From: the human T2T-CHM13v2.0 reference genome, Homo sapiens
Length of the DNA: 64,000 nt
Direction: 5' to 3' (one strand)
Assembly: GCF_009914755.1 (NCBI RefSeq)
Contig: NC_060931.1
Part shown: positions 57,380 through 64,000 of the stretch, one piece after another
Numbering within the stretch: the stretch's first letter is position 1
Layout: every line of letters begins with the position of its first letter
Translations under genes and position numbers: made by a program
The notes under the pieces: generated by a model
Seen by the model: the letters and a program-made list of their open reading frames with translations, nothing else
Told to the model about the DNA's origin: nothing
Databases searched by the model: none

Positions 57380-58476
57380 TCTGTTCAAAAAAGGTTTTAT
57401 CCAAAAAAGTTAATCAAGACAAGCAACAGATACTGCAAAGCATTATATACAGCACCATAGTCCAGGGGCCAAAGAAATCAGGAGGGGCTGGGCAGTAGAG
57501 GAATTCCATATATTAATGAATGTGAGATTAAGTATAGAGTGAAGACATTAACACACAATTCTAATTTCTGTTAGGCAGAATGCTCCCCTACCCTGATGCC
57601 ACAGCCTTTCACGTTTCCTAAACCCTAGTAACCTCTGATCTCCATCTGCCTCATCAACACGTCACCACCCTTTGCTCTTCTTCCAATTAGTCACATGTTG
57701 GCTGAATTTATTTCACTCCAGTACTTTAGGACCTTGACAGACAAATCGATTACAAGGTCAATTCCCAGGATTTCTTCAGGGTGTGTTCAGGAGTGCAGAT
57801 GTTCTTTGGATGACCTTTCTACTAAATTAGACCTCTGAAGGAGAAAGCTACTTGCCAGAGGCTTTCCCTGAGAGCATTAGGTTGGGCAAAATCTGACTAA
57901 AATTTAATTACTAAATGAAAGTGTGTACCTTAGAGTTCCTGGCCAGAGTTGACTCTAGGTAGTGATGTGATTTTCTTGGGATGTTTTTCTAAATATTCTT
58001 TTATGCTAAAGCACATGGCTTGATACTTCTGTTGATTAAGCTCGTGTCTACTTACAGTCATCTAGTGAGAACCTGTGGTGTGGTGAGATGATAACTTGGT
58101 CTTTGGTCTTCATCATTTGAACTAGTTTTGGTTTTGTCTTGTCCCTTCCTTGAGCATTTTGTGTGTGTTTAATCCTATTTGGTAAACGAACCACTGTGAA
58201 AGACCAAGTTGGAGAAAACAGAACACCCCCAAAACATTTATTTTTTTTTTTAGAAAATCATGGCTCACTATGGTAGTATACAATATTGTTTTCACACATG
58301 TACACTTGAAACCAAATTTCTAAAACTTGTTTTTCTTAAAAAATAGTTGTTGTAACATTAAACCATAACCTAATCAGTGTGTTCACTATGCTTCCACACT
58401 AGCCAGTCTTCTCACACTTCTTCTGGTTTCAAGTCTCAAGGCCTGACAGACAGAAGGGCTTGGAGATTTTTTTTCT
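57380..58476 (-). other. AGR2: AGR2 3'UTR with candidate poly(A) signals
   Basis: Minus-strand AATAAA at 58237-58242 and 57707-57712; GATAAA at 57396-57401; distal end uncertain. Confidence 0.65.
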
Positions 58477-58526
58477 TTACAATTCAGTCTTCAGCAACTT
58501 GAGAGCTTTCTTCATGTTGTCAAGCA
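58477..58526 (-). CDS. AGR2: AGR2 last coding exon (LLDNMKKALKLLKTEL*)
   Basis: TAG acceptor; C-terminal KTEL ER-retrieval motif, then TAA. Confidence 0.96.
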
Positions 58527-58627
58527 CTAATGGGGGATAAAAGCAGGAGAGTCAAGACACCATCGTGCGTTATATCGATATAATAAACCCCAAACTTGGA
58601 TGCTCAATTCATTATTTAATGGGATGC

Positions 58628-58917
58628 TTTTTTTTTTGAGACAAGGTCTCACTCCCACTCAGGCTGGCATGCAGTGGTGCAATCTCCACTCAGTGCAACC
58701 TCTGCCTCCTGGGTTCAAGTGATTCTTCAGCCTTAGCCTCCTGAGTAGCTGGGATTAGAGGTGTGCTCCACCATGCCCAGCTAATTTTTGTATTTTTGGG
58801 AGAGATGGGGTTTTGGTATGCTGGCCAGGCTGGTCTCGAACTCCTGAGCTCAAGTGATCCACACACCTCGGCCTCCCAAAGTGCTGGGATTACAGGCGTG
58901 AGCCACTGTGCCCAGCC
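58628..58917 (-). mobile_element. Alu in the last AGR2 intron
   Basis: Full dimer; TSD-like GGATGCTTTTT. Confidence 0.9.
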
Positions 58918-59706
58918 TGATAGGATGCTTTTTATCATGAGGTGAATAGTTGGTAATCTTATTGTAATTTAAAAAAATTATATGAAATGGCTTTTGTGAC
59001 AATCTAGTTTTCTAGTGTATTCATTCCTTCCCAGATCCTTCATCTCCAACCCTCACTTCCAAAAGAATCCTTTTATAAGCTCTAGCAGCAGAAGATAATT
59101 TTGGCTCATTTAGAAGTAAATTTAAATCATGTTTAAAAGAAATGTCTATTAGTAGGTGTGTGTAAATTGTTTTAGAAGTAGGGGAAATATAAATAATAGC
59201 AAACCAAGTGCTTTATGCAGATGAATTCTTTAATCCTCATACAAACACGATTAGAACTTTATATATACATAATGAAACAGGCAGAGAGAGGCTGAGTAGC
59301 TTGCTCAAGGTCACACAGCTAACAAGTAATGGAGCTACTGTTCCAGAGCCCAAACTCTGGGTCACTGTTTGTTCAACAGCAATTCATCAAAATGAGGTAT
59401 GTGATCTACTAAAAATAAGATGTCCACTCGATAGGCATTGAACAGCCGCTTATTCACTCTTCCTACAAATCTTAATTATTAAGTGCCTGTTCTACAAGGG
59501 ATTGTGATATTACTTGTGTAGGACACGTGCCTTTTAAGAGCTTAGTCTTATTAAAATGAATGGTATTATCTCAGTAATGGCTGACAGTACTTGGAATGTG
59601 CTTCCCCTGGTCCAGCACACACTGGAAACATTGCTAATGGACCATGATGATCTCTCCTGCTTCCTAGACACGGCCTCACTTCTCTTCCCAACATGACGTT
59701 CTAAGT

Positions 59707-59856
59707 CAGCACTGGCCAATAGAAATTTCTGTGATGATGGAAATGTTCAGTGTCCGGGCATTGAGCACTTGGAATATGGCTAGTGTGACTGAAGGAATGA
59801 ATTTCTAACTTTAAGTAGCAACATGTGGCAAATGGTTAACATATTGGACAGTGCAG
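59707..59856. mobile_element. MER3 (hAT-Charlie MITE)
   Basis: CAGCACTGGCCAATAGAAATTTCTGTGATGATGGAAATGTTC...TATTGGACAGTGCAG. Confidence 0.75.
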
Positions 59857-60499
59857 TTCTAGGCAGCCACTACTAATTGATCAGAGTTGGTTCCTAGGAT
59901 AAAACCCACTTTTCTTCCCAGAGGACTAATCAGTTGTCACAGCTAGCTACAGCGTTGCATTGAGGTACCTCATCTGCCTTAAGTCAGTGTCTCTCTCTCT
60001 CTCTGTCTCTCTTCCATTGATGGCAACCATAGGGAAGGTAATTTTCTTGGCAATCATTTGGATCATCTTTGAAACTGATCTTTAAACTGAACCTGAATTT
60101 AATTTTAAGCTGGACTGCACATTCTTTCACTTTTGTTATTTAAAAAATTAAGACATGCAGATTATTACAATTATTACACTCAGTTCTGTGATAGAAGGAG
60201 TGTGTGCTCGTGTACCTAACAGAAAACCTGAAAATCAGGTAATGTGGTCATAGAATCCTCCTAGAGAAAAAGATACCTAATCTAAATAATTCATCTTCAA
60301 TTGAGATTAAAAACAAACAAACCTGAGATGGAAAGAGTGTGATTTGCCTGAAGATGCAAGGCTAGTTAGGGTCAAACTGAGTCTGAGGCGTCCCTAAGCC
60401 TAGCTCTCTCTCACCTCACCATGCAGCCTCTAGTCCCATCACTACAGCAATAGAGGTGTTCAACTCTTGGGCAACATCCGAATTGAAGGTAACACTTAC

Positions 60500-60583
60500 A
60501 CAGAGCTGTATCTGCAGGTTCGTAAGCATAGAGACGGTTTGAATATCTTCCAGTGATATCGGCTCTAACTGTCAGAGATGGGT
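60500..60583 (-). CDS. AGR2: AGR2 penultimate exon ([28 protein letters not shown])
   Basis: CAG acceptor; GTAAGT donor; 84 nt; phase 1-1. Confidence 0.96.
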
Positions 60584-61589
60584 CTGCAAAGATAAATGAA
60601 GCAAAAGGGAATGGAATGGTTTGTTTTCAAACAACCTGTATTTATTGCCCCGGGGAGCTGAAGTTCATGTATTCATGTCCTGTGAGGGAATGGAGTGTGT
60701 CTGCACTCACAGGAGCTCTGATCCATCCACTCTACTACCCAGCCCCTGGCAGTTAGTAGCAAATGCAGGGCTGGAAACATCAACAGCTGTGCAGTGCTAT
60801 TTGTGGAAAAGGTTATGAACCCTTCTGTTCTATCTATGGCAACCTGAAAACAGAATAATATATATTTAGGGGTGACATGGTGTTTTTTTTTTTTTTGGTG
60901 AAAACATTAACATTCTCTACTGCAAAATTATTTTAAATTCTTGAAACGATTATGTTGTAGTTTACATGTTTCTAGATCATTGGAAACCCACATCCAATGC
61001 TAGTTTTCAAAACGAGTTTTTTAAAAAAAGTTAATAGAGGAATGCAAGTCCTTAACAACAGCAAAGTTCAAATAAGCATATAGTACCTTCACTATATTTT
61101 ACTTTATTGTTAATTAACTGCATTTTTAAAAGTAGAGATTGGTCTTCTCTTATGTATACTTATATCCCTCTAAATTTAAATCCATCTTGCCATGTTTTGT
61201 ATTTAACTTGAAGTGATCTAATTAATGAGAAAAAGAGGTATTTTAAAATTAAGGTGCATCCAAAAGGGAAGCATGAGGATACAGAGAGATCTGGAAACCT
61301 TGCCTTGAGAGACGTAATCGAAAGAACCTAGGACACGTGCCCTGAAAATGAGACAAGGAAGACATGTGAGAACCATCTGCATGTTTGCAAAGTCTGTCGC
61401 TGGTACTGGAGTGGGCAATCTGTCATTTCAGAATGTTGGACTAAGGCCAGACACATAAATTACAAGAAGCAGATGTACATTTATTCACCAGATTTAAGAC
61501 CAACTATACTTCTGTTTGGTGCAGAGGATACAAAGACACGGTCTAATCTTTGTAAGAAATTAACCTAAGAAGGGCTTTTTAAATACCCA

Positions 61590-61765
61590 ACTAGCAGCTC
61601 ACCTGGCTGCACATTGGAATCATCTGGAGAGCTGTAAACACTATGGATGCCTGCCTCCCACCCCCAAGAGATTCTGATTTAATTGGTTTGAGGTGTGGCC
61701 TGGGCAACTTGATCTTTAAAATCCTCCAGGTGATTCAAACATGTAGTCAGGGTGGCTACTACGGA
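61590..61765. mobile_element. MER5 (hAT-Charlie)
   Basis: GCTGCACATTGGAATCATCTGG...GATTCTGATTTAATTGGT...CCAGGTGATTC. Confidence 0.75.
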
Positions 61766-62386
61766 GCTAGAAGAGCAAGCTGCCTTGGAGCTGGTTCTTA
61801 GGACTGAAGGAATTGAATGTGGGTTAAAATGCCCTTCCACAGGGATGCTGTACAAAGAATTCCTGTACAAGGTATGAACAGACATCTATAAATTCCCTTT
61901 TAATGTTAGGATTCCAAATGTCCTAAATTCTGACAAAACTAAACCTATAAAATTAGTGCTTTAGTTCAGCCTTCTTCCTTTTTTTCTATTTCTTGTTTTT
62001 CTTTTCCCTGCTTTGTACATTCAGTGTAAACTTTTAATGAATTACACAGGTGAATCATATGATTAGCATGAATTGTTGTAAGTGATGGATTTCATTATGG
62101 ATTGTCCTTAAATCAGTATGACTTTGAACAAAGCCAAACTCAGTACATTCATTCAATAATTAAACACATATTGATGGAGAGCCTACTGCAGGGTCACGTT
62201 GGGAATATCATGGTGAGCAGAAATAGGTACAGTCCCTGCCATAGGGGCTTATAGTCCAATGTGGGAAATATTTATTACATAACCACCCCCAAACTGCAAA
62301 ATTATACCTGAGGAAAGTATGACTACAAGAGCACATAGTAGGGATTTGACTCGGTCAATGAATAATGATGATTGGGGAGTTAATGA

Positions 62387-62833
<447 letters not shown>

Positions 62834-63193
62834 TAACACACAAAGTGAAAGTTTGCTGGATTAAAAAATAAATATTTGCAGGCCTCTCGTATTCAGGAAA
62901 TTTATCAATATGTTTAAATAGTGAATAGGGTGCTTTGTTCTCAGAAGTATTATAGCAGAAGATGAAAAGTTACAATTAGCATGTGAGAAAAGAAAGTGTT
63001 GTGTGGAAATAGGTAAAAGCTCACATTTTCTAAAGAAAATATGTTGCGGAACTTAAAGGAATGTCATGCTCCTTGCTAGAGCTTAGTGATGACATTGGCC
63101 ATGGCAACGTGGCAAGGGACAGTGGGGAGGAGAGAAGGAGGATGGCAGCACTAGTATGTGTTTCCGAGTTATCTCACTGTCACTTCCGCTTAC

Positions 63194-63257
63194 CAACAAA
63201 CATAATCCTGGGGACATACTGGCCATCAGGAGAAAGGTGTTTGTCAGTTGTTTCATA
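63194..63257 (-). CDS. AGR2: Anterior gradient protein 2, third-from-last exon (YETTDKHLSPDGQYVPRIMFV)
   Basis: Reverse-strand translation matches AGR2; TAG acceptor; GTAAGC donor; 64 nt. Confidence 0.96.
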
Positions 63258-64000
63258 CTAAAATAAAAAGAAAAGCATCTTTTAGTTTACTTTGACTTTT
63301 CAGTCGTTTTCAAACTTGTTAATACAAGAATCTGTCCATTTCCGGCCAGGCATCTCAAGATATCATAACTCTTCCACACAGAGTTTATTGTACAGATGAG
63401 GAGACAAGTTACAAGCATGAAATAATAAATAAGATAGAGCAGAACATGAGATAAAGTGCTGAATGGATGTGATAAAGAGCAAAAAAATTAAGGGAGAATT
63501 TGGAAGGAGTTACTGTGTTTGGGGAAGACATCTGGGATGAAATAAGAGGCTATTAAAGAAAAAAGCAGATGTCATTTCTAGAGAAATTACGGAGACAAGT
63601 ACGGGATTTTCTTGAGTATTCATTTATCCATTTATCAATTTTTATTTAGAACTGTATTTAGCAAGGCATGGTGCTTATCTTTAATGAATGCACACTCTAT
63701 TGAGAGATACAGGTAGGAAAATGAATATTGAGGATGCAGTGGGTGAAATGTTACGGTGTAGGATATGCAGGTTTGGTGATTGCCTTGAGCAAGACATTTA
63801 GCCCAGAATGCAGATTCCACCCCGACTAGGACTTTCTGAAGTGGATAAGGAGGAATCTTTACAAATGAACAGGAGTCAGTTAGGTGGAAAAGAAAGACAC
63901 TTCATGCAGGGGGAAGAGTATGGAGAGGACAGGTGGAGCATTTTCTCCTATGGCCAAGTGCTGGGGAAGGACTGAGTTGGGGGGATGCACGAGGGCAGTG

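Overview
Primate genomic DNA, most likely human chr7p21; this assignment rests on recognising the two proteins. The window holds the complete TSPAN13 gene on the + strand: a CpG-island promoter at about 19.2-20.2 kb, six coding exons from 19657 to 49181 giving 204 aa, and a 3'UTR to about 50.2 kb. The last three coding exons and 3'UTR of AGR2 converge on it from the - strand (63257 down to about 57.4 kb, C-terminus KTEL). A full-length SVA retrotransposon lies between the two 3' ends. The first 18 kb is a dense mosaic of LTR, Alu, L1 and hAT fossils. The most unusual structure is around TSPAN13 exons 2-4. Intron 2 is a GT-AG U12 (minor-spliceosome) intron carrying two additional perfect GTATCCTT motifs. 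Intron 3 holds a decayed duplicate of the exon-2 3' end plus its U12 donor, which could form an in-frame micro-exon; it also has duplicated RBFOX sites and a stop-introducing alternative acceptor. Other signals: a perfect 22-bp hairpin at an Alu end, probably made by template switching; a 37-bp orphan segment inside the SVA target-site duplication; a perfect UPRE and octamer in the promoter; three miR-128 seed matches; and an unexplained ~900-bp intronic segment. Repeat subfamily names come from memory of consensus sequences, and repeat boundaries are approximate.
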